A program made the position numbers and the translations under genes. This document shows positions 1 through 15,935 of a DNA stretch of 64,000 nt, piece by piece. Each line of letters starts with the position of its first letter. The stretch's first letter is position 1. Below the pieces are notes generated by a model that was not told the origin of the DNA, searched no databases, and saw only the letters and a list, made by a program, of their open reading frames with translations. This DNA is from an uncultured delta proteobacterium (GTDB lineage: Bacteria; Myxococcota; Myxococcia; Myxococcales; Myxococcaceae): assembly GCA_963771175.1 (NCBI GenBank), contig CAVYSY010000031.1, positions 223,437-287,436 on the forward strand, in the 5' to 3' direction.

Positions 1-734
<734 letters not shown>

Positions 735-763
735 GCAGGCGGGCAGGCAGGCTCCACGGCTCG

Positions 764-808
764 AAAAAAACGGAACGCCTCCCCGGGGAAATTTTCGGGG
801 GGGCGTTC
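764..808. terminator. GC-rich hairpin flanked by an A7 run (terminator-like)
   Basis: gaacgcctccccg...cgggggggcgttc inverted repeat at 773-808, with A7 at 764-770. Confidence 0.5.
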
Positions 809-842
809 GCGCTTTCAAGAGTCGCACGAAAGGAGCACCTGT

Positions 843-1473
843 TTGTCGCAACCCCGCCTCGTCCTCTTCCTCGCTGACATCGAAGGCAACCTCACCGCCC
901 TTCGCCAGACGCTCTCCCGCGCCTGTGAGGACGCCCATGTCCCCGTTCCCGATGTCCGCTGGGTGGAGTCCGCCACCGCCCTGGCTGATGCCGGCTGGCG
1001 TGTCGCCGAGCTCAAGCTCTCCCCCTCTGGCGGCAAGGCCGTCCCCGAGGATCATCTGGACGCGCTCGTCCGGGCCGTGGCCCGCGACTTCCGCGACCAG
1101 GCCGTGGGCCTCTACACGGACAAGGCCGGCAGCTATGGCCGCGCGTCCATGAGTGAGCCCGGCCGCTCCTCGCGCTCCCTGGAGGGCGAGTACATCGACG
1201 TGGTGCGTCAGAGCGCCCGCTGGTTGGGCATCGAGGGTCCCGTGCTCGGCCGCCTGCTGGACGGCGGAGCGACGGCGCGCAACCTGCTCGCCGCCGCGGT
1301 GGACTTCGGCACCGAGCAGCCCCAGGCCCCCACGGGCCAGAAGGGCCCGGGCCGGCGTCAGCCCGAGCCACCCCCTGCCCCGCCCGAGCCAGACGAGGAC
1401 GACCGCTTCGTCGAGGCCAAGCTGGGCGAGGCTCGCCGGCTGATGGAGCAGTACCTCAGCCAGTCGCAAGTAG
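843..1473 (+). CDS. Hypothetical protein
   Basis: TTG start after GGAG; GC3-biased codons. Probable true stop is TAG at 1471-1473 after a small indel; the ORF track reads on into the next gene. Confidence 0.6.
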
Positions 1474-1570
1474 TCGCTGGAGCGATTAGCTCCACCACTA
1501 TGAGCATCGAGGGGGCGAGGACCAACGCGCCCTGCGACCGTCCGCGCCCCTGTGCTAAAGGGGCGCCACC

Positions 1571-3099
<1,529 letters not shown>

Positions 3100-3124
3100 C
3101 CCAGGACCCGGAGACCCGATTCCA

Positions 3125-3644
3125 ATGCGTTACTTCGCGAAGCTGCAGGGCCAGAAGGAAGCCGGTGCCGGTGGACATCGAGCCGCGCGGGCGACGGCCG
3201 CTACGCGCTCACGCTACAACGGCAAGACGCCACGATCGTGGACGCGCTCGACGCTCGACCACGGCGCGGTGTCGCATGCTGGTGGACGGCGCGCTCCTAC
3301 AGCGTCGAGTTCGAGGACGCAGGGGGACGAGGTGCCGGTGCATGGTGCGGGGGCAGATCACCCGCGTCGACGTGGCCGACGAGCGGCGGCTGCGCCTGCG
3401 CGCCGCCGCCGCGGCCTTCAGCGCCGAGGGCAGGCAGGTCATCACCGCGCCCATGCCCGGCAAGGTGGTGAAGGTGCTGGTGACGGTGGGCGACGAGGTG
3501 AAGGAGGGCCAGGGGCTGGTGGTGGTCGAGGCGATGAAGATGGAGAACGAGCTGAAGAGCCCCAAGGCCGGCAAGGTGGTGGAGCTGCCCGCCAAGGAAG
3601 GCAGCGCGGTGGAGATCAACGCGAAGCTCGTCGTGGTGGAGTAG
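3125..3644 (+). CDS. Biotin carboxyl carrier protein, frameshifted
   Basis: C-terminal [10 protein letters not shown]...[14 protein letters not shown] biotinyl domain with the MKM lysine. Confidence 0.88.
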
Positions 3645-3667
3645 ACGCGGCACCGGGGAAGACGCCC

Positions 3668-5345
<1,678 letters not shown>

Positions 5346-5355
5346 CGAGGAACGG

Positions 5356-5871
5356 ATGGAAATGCTCTGCACACTGCGCAGCCTGACGGAGAACCAGCGT
5401 CAGAAACTGATCGAGCACCCGGACAAGCTCGAGGAGTTCATCGACGACGAGGAGGACTTCGGGGACGCGGAGGGCGCGCGCTTCCTGGACCTCGACATCG
5501 GCGAGACGTGGCACGGCCTGCAGTACCTGCTGACGGGCTCGGCCTGGGAGGGCAAGGCGCCGCTGGACTTCCTGGTGCGCGGGGGCGTGGACGTGGGGGA
5601 CATCCCCTCGGACGAGGGCACCGCGCGCGTCTTCACCGCCGAGGAGGTGAAGGCACTCTCCAAGTCGCTCGAGGCCCTGCCCGAGAAGACGCTGCTCTCG
5701 CGTTACGATCCGGCGAAGCTGCAGGCGGAGGACATCTACCCCGGCATCTGGGAGGAGCCGCCCGATGACCTGGACCCGAAGGAGGAGCTGCTCTCCTACT
5801 TCGAGGAGCTGAAGAAGTTCATGGCCGGCGTGACGAAGCGCGGCCACGGCCTGCTCGTGTTCATCGGCTGA
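5356..5871 (+). CDS. YfbM / DUF1877 family protein
   Basis: Acidic 171 aa with LDIGETWHGLQYLLTG, DIYPGIW and a C-terminal GLLVFIG, typical of DUF1877. Confidence 0.75.
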   Translation: MEMLCTLRSLTENQRQKLIEHPDKLEEFIDDEEDFGDAEGARFLDLDIGETWHGLQYLLTGSAWEGKAPLDFLVRGGVDVGDIPSDEGTARVFTAEEVKALSKSLEALPEKTLLSRYDPAKLQAEDIYPGIWEEPPDDLDPKEELLSYFEELKKFMAGVTKRGHGLLVFIG

Positions 5872-5911
5872 GCGGGCGCGGCGGCACGGGGCGAGGGGAC
5901 CACTCTTCCCC

Positions 5912-6681
5912 TCACCCGGCGAACACGTCGCGGCCCAGCTTGAGAGCGAGCGCCGCCACCACCAGCAGCACCACCTTGCGCACCAGCTTGTCGCCCCCGC
6001 GCACGGCGAGGTGCGCGCCAATCCACCCGCCCGTGAACTGCGCCGCGGCCATGGGCAGGGCCACGTACCAGAGCACCACGCCCCGGTACGCGAAGAGCGA
6101 CACGGCCGCGAGGTTGGACGCGAAGTTCACCACCTTGGCGTCCGCCGAGGCCCGCGTCATCGAGTGCCCCAGCAGCCCCGAGAAGCAGATGATGAGGAAC
6201 GTCCCCGTCCCCGGCCCGAAGAAGCCGTCGTAGGTGCCAATGACGAGCGCGATGACCGCCCCCAGCGCCAGCATGCGGTTGCGCGGCGGCTCCGGCCTCT
6301 CCCCCGGCGGAGGCCCCCGGCGGAAGGCCAGGAAGACGGCCACGATCACCAACAGTGTCAGCACCAGGGGCTTGAGGACCTCGGGGCGCATCAACAGCAC
6401 CAGCCCCGCGCCGAGCGAACGAGCCCACCAGCCCGAGGGGGAAGGTGACGGCCGCCAGCTCCCGGCGAACCAGCCCCGCCCGGGAGAAGCGCACCAGCGC
6501 CGCGAACGCGCCAAACACCGACTGGCCCTTGTTCGTGCCCAGCGCCACGTGCGGCGGCAGCCCGGTGGCCAGCAGCGACGGCAGTGTCAGCAGCCCGCCC
6601 CCTCCCGCGATTGCATCCACCACACCGGCCGTGAGGGCCGCGACACACAGCAGGACGATTTCCAGCGGGAGTGACTTCCAC
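5912..6681 (-). CDS. TauE/SafE (TSUP) family membrane transporter, one frameshift
   Basis: AGVVDAIAGGGGLLTLP, ALGTNKGQS, GTYDGFFGPGTGTF and AKVVNFASN motifs; start is approximate. Confidence 0.85.
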
Positions 6682-6770
6682 GAGCGGCCACCTACCACGT
6701 CCAAAGCTTGCGCGCGCGTCGACTCTGGGCGTCAATTCGGGGCCAGCATCCCCCTCGCGGAGGTCCCCTC

Positions 6771-7575
6771 GTGCTCACCCCCCTCGTCTCCGTGATGACC
6801 CTCGTGCTGCTGTCGGCGGCACCCGCGGACCCCAAAGGGCCCACCTGCCGCTCCATCGACGGGCACGTGGCCTGCGGCTACCAGTGCAAGTCGGACGGAC
6901 AGCGCGTGCGGTGCGCCCAGACGCCCCAGGGCTCCTGCCAGGTCATCGACGGTCAGGCCGTGTGCTTCGACCCGCCGCCCCACATCTTCCGCATCTACGG
7001 CGACGCCCTGCCCCAGCCCGAGTGCAAGACCCTCGATGGGCAGGTGGCCTGCGGCTACCAGTGCGCCACCCAGTTCGGCAAGGTGAAGTGCGCGCGCACC
7101 CCGGCGGGCATGTGCGCCGGCCGCAACGACGAGCTCGTCTGTTTCGACCCGCCTCCCGAGGTGTACGCCGTCTACGGCAAGGAAACGCCCAAGGCCGAGT
7201 GCCGCGGAAATGGCGATGACATCGCCTGCGGCTACAAGTGCACCCTCGGCGCCGGGAAGGTGGCCTGTAGCAAGACCCCCATCGGGCGTCTGCAAGAGCG
7301 ACGGCCTCCGGCTGACCTGCTTCGACCCGCCCCCCCAGGCGTTCTGCGCCTGGGGCAAGTCGCTGCCGCCCCTGCAGTGCCAGCTCAGCGACAACCAGCC
7401 GGTGTGCGGCTACGGCTGCACCAAGGCCTACTCGAAGGTGGCTTGCGCGGCCACCCCCAATGGCGTGTGCAAGGTGTTCGACACCGAGGTCTACTGCTTC
7501 GACCCGCCCAGCACCCAGGACGCGGACCCGACCTGCCTGAGCCTCGTCGGACTGGCCTCGATGGGCGCGCCCTGA
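6771..7575 (+). CDS. Secreted cysteine-rich repeat protein (four ~59-aa repeats), one frameshift near 7285
   Basis: Hydrophobic N-terminus, then four copies of C-x8-CGYxC-x8-CxxTPxGxC-x8-CFDPP. Confidence 0.75.
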
Positions 7576-7656
7576 CGCGCGAGGCCCGGCAGCTTGCTTT
7601 CCCCTGCCCTGCGACAGGGGTAGGGTGACCGGAGTACACAAGGAGCGACATCGGAG

Positions 7657-10113
7657 ATGGCGGAGGGAGACGTCCGGCAATATTTCGTGCGAAACGACCA
7701 GGGGACCCTGTGGGGCCCGCTGGCCCTGCCCACCATCGAGTTGCTCATCGACAACGGGGCCATCCAGGGTCGGCTCCAGGTCTCCGAGGACGGCATCAAC
7801 TTCGCCTTCCCCGGGCGCTTCCCGCACCTCCGCGATTCCTTCCCTCGCGAGCTGTGGGGCGACGTCGTTCCTCCTGGCCCGCCGCCCCGCCCGCCCCTGC
7901 CGCGCCCAAGCCCGCTCCCCCCGGTCCCCCTCCAGGCATGGCCTCGGGAGCGCCCCCGCGGGGTCCAGTGGGTGTGCCCATGGCCGGACCCGGTGCCGTT
8001 CGCGGCCCGGCCGGGTCCGCCCGCCGTGGGTCCGGGTGTCCGGCCCGCCGCCCCCCCTCCAGGTGGCCCGCCTCGTGCCGTGACCCGGCCCCCCATTCCC
8101 GGCGCCGCCCCCCAGGTCGCCGCTCCCGCGACTCCACCGGGCGCCGCACCTCATCCGGCAGCCCCTGGTGGCCCTCCGCGTGCCGTGACTCGGCCCCCCA
8201 TTCCCGGCGCCGCCCCTCAGGTCGTCGCTCCCGCGACTGCACCGGGTGCCGTGCCTCAGCCGGCCGCTCCCGGTGGCCCTCCTCGTGCCGCCACCCAGCC
8301 CCCCATTCCCGGCGCCGCGGCCTCGAACGATGCGCCACCCACGAGCGGACAGCTCGAGACGCACTCGCCCGTGCGCCTCTATGGCCTCCTCGCCGCCGGC
8401 AACCACACGGGGCTGCTCACGCTCACCCTCGCGGACTGCGCCGTCAGCATCCACTTCCGCAAGGGCAACCCCGACTTCATCGACTCCTCGCACCCCGAGG
8501 ACGCGCTGGGCACCTCGCTCCTCCAGGCGAAGCTCGTCACCCCCGAGCAGCTCCAGCAGGCCGAGGCCTCGAAGAGCCGCTTCGGCGGGGAGCTGCTCGC
8601 CGCCCTCTTCGGGCTGGGCCTCCTGCAGCCGGCCTCCGCCTTCACCCAGCTCGCGCACCGCGCCCAGGCCATCCTCCTCAAGGGCCTGCGCGCCGAGTCC
8701 GGCTCCTTCACCTTCGAGTCCAAGGACCTCCCCCCCGCCAAGGCGATGCCGCTCGGCAACAAGTGGGCGGTGCTGACCGACCTCGTGCGCCGCATCCCCA
8801 GCGCGGACCTCCGGCGCCGGTTGCAGCCGGTGCTGAACCTGCCGGTGATGAAGTCCAACGGGCGCGTGGCCACCGGCGATCTGCGCCTCACGCCCCACGA
8901 GGTGCGCGTGCTCGCCCTCATCGATGGGGCGCGCTCGGCGAACCAGCTCCTCACGGACCTCCCCCAGGACGCCGACCACCTGCTGCGACTCGTGTTCCTC
9001 CTCAAGGAACTCGATGCGGTGTCCTTCGCCTCCGTGCGCGCGGGGCCACCATCCGCCGCGCCCCAGCGACCGAGCACCCAGGCTCCCATCGTGCAGTCCG
9101 CCGCCGCGCCCCAGGCCGCCACGGCCGCCCGCCCGGGCTCGCCTCCGGGTGCCGCCCAGCCCGGCGCCGCCCCCCAGGCTCCACGTCCGGCGGCTCCTGC
9201 TCCAGCGGCCGCTCCCGCCGCGAAACCGGCGGCTCCGGCTCCGACGGCCACTCCCGCCGCGAAACCAGCGGCTCCGGCTCCGACGGCTGCTCCCGCCGCG
9301 AAACCAGCGGCTCCGGCTCCGACGGCTGCTCCCGCCGCGAAACCGGCGACTCCGGCTCCGACGGCTGCTCCCGCCGCGAAACCGGCCGCCCCTGCCTCGG
9401 CCCCCGCCGCCTCGGGCTCCGCTCCGGGCGCTGGCGAGATTCCCGCGCTCCGCGAGCTGGCCGTGAAGCTGAAGGAGCAGAACCACTTCGAGCGCCTGGG
9501 TCTGGGCGGGGACACCAATGGCCCGGCGGTGAAGATCGCCTACTTCAAGCTGGCCAAGCAGTACCACCCGGACACCCTGCCACCCGGTGCGCCCCCGGAG
9601 CTGGAGAAGCTCAAGGCCGACATCTTCGCCTACATCGGCGAGGCCTACCGCACGCTCTCGGACGACAAGAGCCGCGCCGAGTACCTCGAGGAGCTCAAGA
9701 GCGGTGGCAAGCAGGAGGCGCAGGTGGACGTGGAGGCCATCCTCAAGAGCGAGGATCTCTTCCGCAAGTCCGGCCACTACATCAAGGCGAGGAAGTTCGC
9801 CGATGCGGTGAAGCTGCTCGACGAGGCCATCCAGCTCAACGGCGAGGAGCCCGAGTTCTACGCCTGGCGCGGCTACGCCCGCTTCTTCACCTTCGAGGAC
9901 AAGAAGGCGGGCTACACCGAGGCCTACAAGGACCTCCAGCACTGTCTGAAGAAGAACGACAAGGTCGCCTCCGCGCACTACTTCCTGGGCGTCATCGCCA
10001 AGCTATGTGGTGACCACAGCGGTGCGCTGAAGCACTTCCAGAAGACCGTGGAACTTCAGCCAAATCACATCGACGCGCAGCGGGAGATCCGCATGGCGGC
10101 CCAAAAGAAGTAG
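7657..10113 (+). CDS. DnaJ-domain / TPR protein with Pro/Ala-rich linkers and a probable DUF4388-like central domain
   Basis: J domain NHFERLGL...[13 protein letters not shown]-terminal TPRs ([10 protein letters not shown]...[11 protein letters not shown]), N-terminal GYF-like [13 protein letters not shown]. Confidence 0.85.
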   Translation: MAEGDVRQYFVRNDQGTLWGPLALPTIELLIDNGAIQGRLQVSEDGINFAFPGRFPHLRDSFPRELWGDVVPPGPPPRPPLPRPSPLPPVPLQAWPRERPRGVQWVCPWPDPVPFAARPGPPAVGPGVRPAAPPPGGPPRAVTRPPIPGAAPQVAAPATPPGAAPHPAAPGGPPRAVTRPPIPGAAPQVVAPATAPGAVPQPAAPGGPPRAATQPPIPGAAASNDAPPTSGQLETHSPVRLYGLLAAGNHTGLLTLTLADCAVSIHFRKGNPDFIDSSHPEDALGTSLLQAKLVTPEQLQQAEASKSRFGGELLAALFGLGLLQPASAFTQLAHRAQAILLKGLRAESGSFTFESKDLPPAKAMPLGNKWAVLTDLVRRIPSADLRRRLQPVLNLPVMKSNGRVATGDLRLTPHEVRVLALIDGARSANQLLTDLPQDADHLLRLVFLLKELDAVSFASVRAGPPSAAPQRPSTQAPIVQSAAAPQAATAARPGSPPGAAQPGAAPQAPRPAAPAPAAAPAAKPAAPAPTATPAAKPAAPAPTAAPAAKPAAPAPTAAPAAKPATPAPTAAPAAKPAAPASAPAASGSAPGAGEIPALRELAVKLKEQNHFERLGLGGDTNGPAVKIAYFKLAKQYHPDTLPPGAPPELEKLKADIFAYIGEAYRTLSDDKSRAEYLEELKSGGKQEAQVDVEAILKSEDLFRKSGHYIKARKFADAVKLLDEAIQLNGEEPEFYAWRGYARFFTFEDKKAGYTEAYKDLQHCLKKNDKVASAHYFLGVIAKLCGDHSGALKHFQKTVELQPNHIDAQREIRMAAQKK
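8062..8318 (+). repeat. 105-nt intragenic tandem repeat (~2.5 copies)
   Basis: ggtggccc.cc.cgtgccg starts at 8062, 8167 and 8272; encodes [19 protein letters not shown]... Confidence 0.85.
9211..9390 (+). repeat. 39-nt intragenic tandem repeat (~5 copies)
   Basis: (g/a)ctcccgccgcgaaacc starts at 9211, 9250, 9289, 9328 and 9367; encodes [13 protein letters not shown]. Confidence 0.9.
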
Positions 10114-10169
10114 GGTGCGCCAGCGCGGGAGCGCCCACGAGGGGCTCCCCATCTACGAGGAGAAGAATC

Positions 10170-10460
10170 TTGCCGTTGACCGGAAAGCAGCGCCGCCAGC
10201 TTCGCGCGCTGGGACACCACCTGGAGCCGGTGGTCATCGTGGGACAGTCGGGAGTCACCGAGGGCGTCGTCGCCGCCGTCGCGCAGGCGCTCCATGACCA
10301 TGAGCTCATCAAGGTGAAGATCAACGAAGGTCCCGAGAGCCGCCAGGAGGCCGCGCAGAAGCTGGCCGAGGGCACGGGCGCCGAGCTGGCGCAGCTCCTG
10401 GGCCGCACCGCCCTGCTCTTCAAGAAGCGGGAAGAGGACTCGGAGTTCGAGAAGCTCTGA
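10170..10460 (+). CDS. yhbY: YhbY / CRM-domain RNA-binding ribosome assembly protein
   Basis: LTGKQRRQLRALGHHLEPVVIVGQSG...ALHDHELIKVK. Confidence 0.9.
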   Translation: MPLTGKQRRQLRALGHHLEPVVIVGQSGVTEGVVAAVAQALHDHELIKVKINEGPESRQEAAQKLAEGTGAELAQLLGRTALLFKKREEDSEFEKL

Positions 10461-10469
10461 GGAGCGCCG

Positions 10470-11774
10470 TCAGCGCGTGAAGCCCGCCGCCTGGGCGGCC
10501 AGCTCGGCCCCCGTGCCCAGACGCTCCAGCAGCGCGGGGCCGAAGTACTGGCGACGGGCCTCGCCCTCACCGGCCTCCACCCGCTCCGGCGTCTCCACGT
10601 AGCCCACGTAGCCGTCCGCGAGCCCCAGCACGCCCGTGGCCCCGGTGCGCCGCAACAGCACCGAGCCCGCGCCCACCGTGGGCTCGCCCGGCAGCACCAG
10701 CAGCTCCAACGGGCCCAACGTGAGCGCCCCCACCTCCGTCATCTTCGAGGCCGAGGTGCAGAGGAAGTTGTCCCCCGCCGCGCGAGAGTAGGACGGCACC
10801 AGCCGCGAGGAGTCCGGCCTCGGCAGCGCCACCTCCGCCCGAGCGAAGGCCAGCCGCGTCTCTCCAACGGCCCCGGGCGTCGCCCGCTCCGCCAGCTCCG
10901 CCAGCGTTCGCGCGTAGGCCCGAGCCTTCTCCACGCCCTCGCCCTCGTCGAAGGAGTGGGTGACGTTGCCCCCCGCGCCCTGCAGCACCAGCGACACCCC
11001 ACCCTTCTCCTCACGGAGCTGGCTCAGCCGCCCCGGCCAGTCCGGGTCCAGGGAAGCCCGCCTGCGGGGGATGAGGGTGGGATGCGCGGCGAAGACGAGC
11101 ACCTCGGCCACGGGGCCCCCGGCACCGCGCAACACGACGCGGGTGAGCCGCCCATCCGGGTCCTCGCCGCCCGAGCGCGAGCGCACCAGCCCCGGCTCCT
11201 GGGCCTCGCCCACCTCCAGCGTGACGTCGGTGAGTCGGGCCGCCGCCTCGTGGAGCGCGGTGCTCGCCCCGGCCACCACGGCCTCCAGGGCCGCCTTCCG
11301 GTAACGCCCGGTGCCGGCGAGCTGAGACACCAGTCGCGCATCATATCCGCCCAACGAGGAGTGGGAGTGCGTGGCCATGACCACCACGCCCTGGAGCCCC
11401 AGGTCCGCGGCGCGCTCGCGCACCGCGGCCACCACGTCGTCGGGCACCAGCAGCAACTCCAACGAGACGAGCCCCACCTTCACCTCTCCCGCGGCGAGCA
11501 CCACCGCGCGGGCCTGGGGCATCAGGTCCGCCTGACTGGCCTCAGGGCGGGGAGGCGTGTAGCCCGCCACCACCACCGGGTAGGGCGGCTGCAGGGAAAC
11601 CCTCGCCGCTCCGGCTCGCAGGGGTCCCTCGGCGTGCACCTGCCCGAGCAGCACCGGCGCCCGCTCGTTCCACCGCCCGCACCAGTTCCACGAGGCGAGC
11701 GCATAGGCCGACCCCACCGTCAGGAGCGTCAGGGGAAGCAGGGAGCTCAGGAATCGCCGCCACCGGGAAGACAT
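10470..11774 (-). CDS. Neutral/alkaline ceramidase-family hydrolase
   Basis: N-terminal signal or TM segment; [27 protein letters not shown] and GLADGYVGY motifs. Confidence 0.7.
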   Translation of the reverse strand: MSSRWRRFLSSLLPLTLLTVGSAYALASWNWCGRWNERAPVLLGQVHAEGPLRAGAARVSLQPPYPVVVAGYTPPRPEASQADLMPQARAVVLAAGEVKVGLVSLELLLVPDDVVAAVRERAADLGLQGVVVMATHSHSSLGGYDARLVSQLAGTGRYRKAALEAVVAGASTALHEAAARLTDVTLEVGEAQEPGLVRSRSGGEDPDGRLTRVVLRGAGGPVAEVLVFAAHPTLIPRRRASLDPDWPGRLSQLREEKGGVSLVLQGAGGNVTHSFDEGEGVEKARAYARTLAELAERATPGAVGETRLAFARAEVALPRPDSSRLVPSYSRAAGDNFLCTSASKMTEVGALTLGPLELLVLPGEPTVGAGSVLLRRTGATGVLGLADGYVGYVETPERVEAGEGEARRQYFGPALLERLGTGAELAAQAAGFTR

Positions 11775-11923
11775 GCGGGGAGGAAGCGTACCTCTCCCCA
11801 AGGAATTCCGGGACCCTGGCTGCTCGCCCCCTCGGCCCTTTCAATGAGCCGCTGGAATACCGCCGAACAAGACAACCGTTCTTCCAGTTCCGTTCGGCAC
11901 CCGAAGGGGGTAAGGCAGCGCCT

Positions 11924-13323
<1,400 letters not shown>

Positions 13324-13333
13324 GCTGACGGGC

Positions 13334-14254
13334 CTACGGGGAGGGGGACGTCCTCTCCTCGGCGCCCATGTGGGGCAGGGCATTCATGGCCCGCAGCATG
13401 CCGCCGAGCACCTCGTCCAGGGTCGTCCGGCCGCGCACCATCTGTTGGGGGTGCTCGAAGGAGGCGTGACCGCTGTTGATGGCCTCGGTGAGCTCCATCA
13501 TCAGGCGCGCCAGCTCCTCCGAGAAACCGAAGCCCATGAGCATGGGCACCAGCGCCGCCGGGGCGTGCTCCGCCAGCTGGATGGGCCGGCCGAGCAGTCG
13601 CGCCAGCGTGTCCGCCATCTCGTTTGGGCTGTAGTCCACCGGGCCCGCCAGCTCCACCACACGCCGGCCGAGCGCGGGCTCGAGCAGCATCCGCGCCGCC
13701 ATCTCGCCGATGTCCCGCGTCGCCGCCATGGGGATCCTCCGGTCCGAGGGGGAGAAGAAGCTCGGCAACACGCCCGACTCCACCGCGGAAGGCAGCGAGC
13801 CACCCAGGTTCTCCATGAAGTACGCCGCGCGCACGAACGTGACCGGCGGGCCCAGAGCGCCCCATTCCCGCTCGGCGAGGTTCAGCGTCTTCACGATGCC
13901 CGTGCCCTCGGCGTGCTGAGCCCCCACCGAGGAGAGGACCACGAGGTGGGGCACACCGCTCGCCTTCACCGCCTGCCCCACGGCGTCCACCGTGCGCCAG
14001 CACGCCTCCATCACGCCGGTGATAGAGGGCACGGGAGGAGGAATCAGCAAGTAGGCCCCCCGCGCGCCCGTCATCGCCAGGGTCATCGCCGGGACATCCT
14101 GCAATTCCGCCAGGGCGACCTCGGCGCCCCACTGCCGCCACGGCGCGGCCTTGGCCTTGTCCCGGAGGACAACCCGGACCCGCTCTCCCTTCTCCAGCAG
14201 TGTCCGCGCCACGACCGACCCTGTATGTCCCGATGCTCCAGTGACCACGTACAT
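13334..14254 (-). CDS. NmrA-family NAD(P)-binding protein
   Basis: MYVVTGASGHTGSVVA Rossmann motif, LVVLSSVGA, FVRAAYFMEN. Confidence 0.85.
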   Translation of the reverse strand: MYVVTGASGHTGSVVARTLLEKGERVRVVLRDKAKAAPWRQWGAEVALAELQDVPAMTLAMTGARGAYLLIPPPVPSITGVMEACWRTVDAVGQAVKASGVPHLVVLSSVGAQHAEGTGIVKTLNLAEREWGALGPPVTFVRAAYFMENLGGSLPSAVESGVLPSFFSPSDRRIPMAATRDIGEMAARMLLEPALGRRVVELAGPVDYSPNEMADTLARLLGRPIQLAEHAPAALVPMLMGFGFSEELARLMMELTEAINSGHASFEHPQQMVRGRTTLDEVLGGMLRAMNALPHMGAEERTSPSP

Positions 14255-14445
14255 GCGACCCTCCTCGCGTTTCCGGGAGCCGGGACACCTGACCCAGGCC
14301 CCTCTCCAGCACTAACGAGCGGCTCGCGCCTTTTCGGGGAGACCCTCGCGAGGTGCATCACTCGAGGCGCTGGCTCGGCGGCTACGGGACAGGGCACCTG
14401 CTCAGGCCCTGCTTCCGGCGAGTGCCCTCGCGGTACAGTCGCCCC

Positions 14446-15408
14446 ATGAAAGCAAAGCCCCCTCCGACCCTAGCGCCCCCTCGCTCGCGCCGCTGGAGCG
14501 CCCTCCCCTTCGGCCTGCTGCTGCTGGCGACCAGCGCCTCGGCCGCCGAGCCGAAGGACGCAGCCTGGGCCGAGCTCCTGCCCGTCCCGTCCCGGACGCC
14601 CGCCACGCAGCCGAAGCCGGCCCAACCGGCCCCGTGCCAGCCGGAGAACTTCATCCCGGGGGAGACGCCTTCCAAGCGCGTCGATACCGGTGGCTCGCCC
14701 GCGCAGCTCTACGAGCTCTCCACCGGCGAGCAGATGAACATCAACGGCTGGGAGCAGGAGAACGCGCAGGTGCGCGAGCTGCCGGCGCCGTTCTCGCTCA
14801 CCTATTACGCGTTCGGCTGCGCGAGTGACTTCTCGTACGTGCTCGACATCTCGCGCGGCGGCAAGCGCCATGCGCTCTACCAGCACGTGCTCGGCTTCGA
14901 CGTGCACCCGACGAAGCCCGTCCTCTTCTTCGCCCAGAACGAGCGCAAGAACGACCGCTACCAGAAGTTCGTCGGCCTCGTGAACCTCACCAACAAGCGC
15001 AAGATGCCGCTGCCGGCGCTCCCGTGCGTGTCGGGAACGAACGCGCGCTTCTCGGGAGACCGGCTCATCACCTACGGGGATGCGCGCACGGGCAACGAGG
15101 GGAAGACGGACGTGTGCGTGTGGAGCCTCGACGGCAAGCTGAAGGCCCGGCTGCTCGCGGACCTCGACTGGACGGCGGGCGCGGGAGACATCCTGCTCGA
15201 CCAGATCGGCGTGCTGCCGCGCGAGCCTGACACCTTCTATGCCCTCCACCACGACCGCTTCGGCGACCCCTCCCACTGTGAGCTCCGACTGCAGAGCCTC
15301 AAGCGCGCCAGCCAGTCGCGCCGGGTGGACCTCGGCGCCTCCGAGTCGCAGGAAGCCTGTCTGCGCAACGAGACGAAGCTCGGCACCATGAGCCTCATGG
15401 GACGTTGA
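14446..15408 (+). CDS. Secreted hypothetical protein (possible beta-propeller)
   Basis: Signal peptide ending ATSASAA; beta-rich mature part with several Cys. Confidence 0.6.
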   Translation: MKAKPPPTLAPPRSRRWSALPFGLLLLATSASAAEPKDAAWAELLPVPSRTPATQPKPAQPAPCQPENFIPGETPSKRVDTGGSPAQLYELSTGEQMNINGWEQENAQVRELPAPFSLTYYAFGCASDFSYVLDISRGGKRHALYQHVLGFDVHPTKPVLFFAQNERKNDRYQKFVGLVNLTNKRKMPLPALPCVSGTNARFSGDRLITYGDARTGNEGKTDVCVWSLDGKLKARLLADLDWTAGAGDILLDQIGVLPREPDTFYALHHDRFGDPSHCELRLQSLKRASQSRRVDLGASESQEACLRNETKLGTMSLMGR

Positions 15409-15736
15409 GGTCCTCGGCGTACTGGTCGTGGTCCTGGAACCTGGCGCTGTCCATGCGGGCCTCGGACAGCGTGTCCGGCGAGAGGTCCATCCTGTCGGCC
15501 GCCTCCAGCACCTCGCCCAGGCTGGCCTTGCGGATCTGCTCCCTGTCCAGCAAGAGACGGATGTCATCCCCGTCAATCGTGTCCACCGAGCTGAAGGGGA
15601 CCCGGTAGTCCCTGGCGTAGAGCACGCCCTTCTCCACGACGAAGGCATCCGCCGCCAGGCCGATGACCGTGCCCAACCGGCGCCCGTCCTTGCTCTTCAC
15701 ATCCATGCCGACCCGAACATCCATCCGCTGCGCCAT
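15395..15736 (-). CDS. Small PRC-barrel / DUF2171-like protein
   Basis: VRVGMDVKSKDGRRLGTV...FVVEKG...DYRVPFSSV; GAGGAG RBS upstream. Confidence 0.65.
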   Translation of the reverse strand: MAQRMDVRVGMDVKSKDGRRLGTVIGLAADAFVVEKGVLYARDYRVPFSSVDTIDGDDIRLLLDREQIRKASLGEVLEAADRMDLSPDTLSEARMDSARFQDHDQYAEDLNVP

Positions 15737-15935
15737 GGCGGGCTCCTCGCTGCGGTGAGGGAACGGAGACGGCCGGGCCCTCCCGGACGCCCCCGGGGGA
15801 AGATGAGGATCGAGGCATTCCCTCGCAAGAGGCGCTAGCCCCCTCCCCTCCCCCGCGGGCCGGTGAGCGGTTCCTGGCGGTCAGATACAATGGCAGACGA
15901 TCTGAGGCCCGCCGTCTCGAGCAGTCCCCGCCACC

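Noticed and set aside
6943..9978. 1011-aa minus-strand ORF with SR-rich repeats
   Set aside because: Antisense shadow of the GC-rich DnaJ/TPR gene and its tandem repeats.
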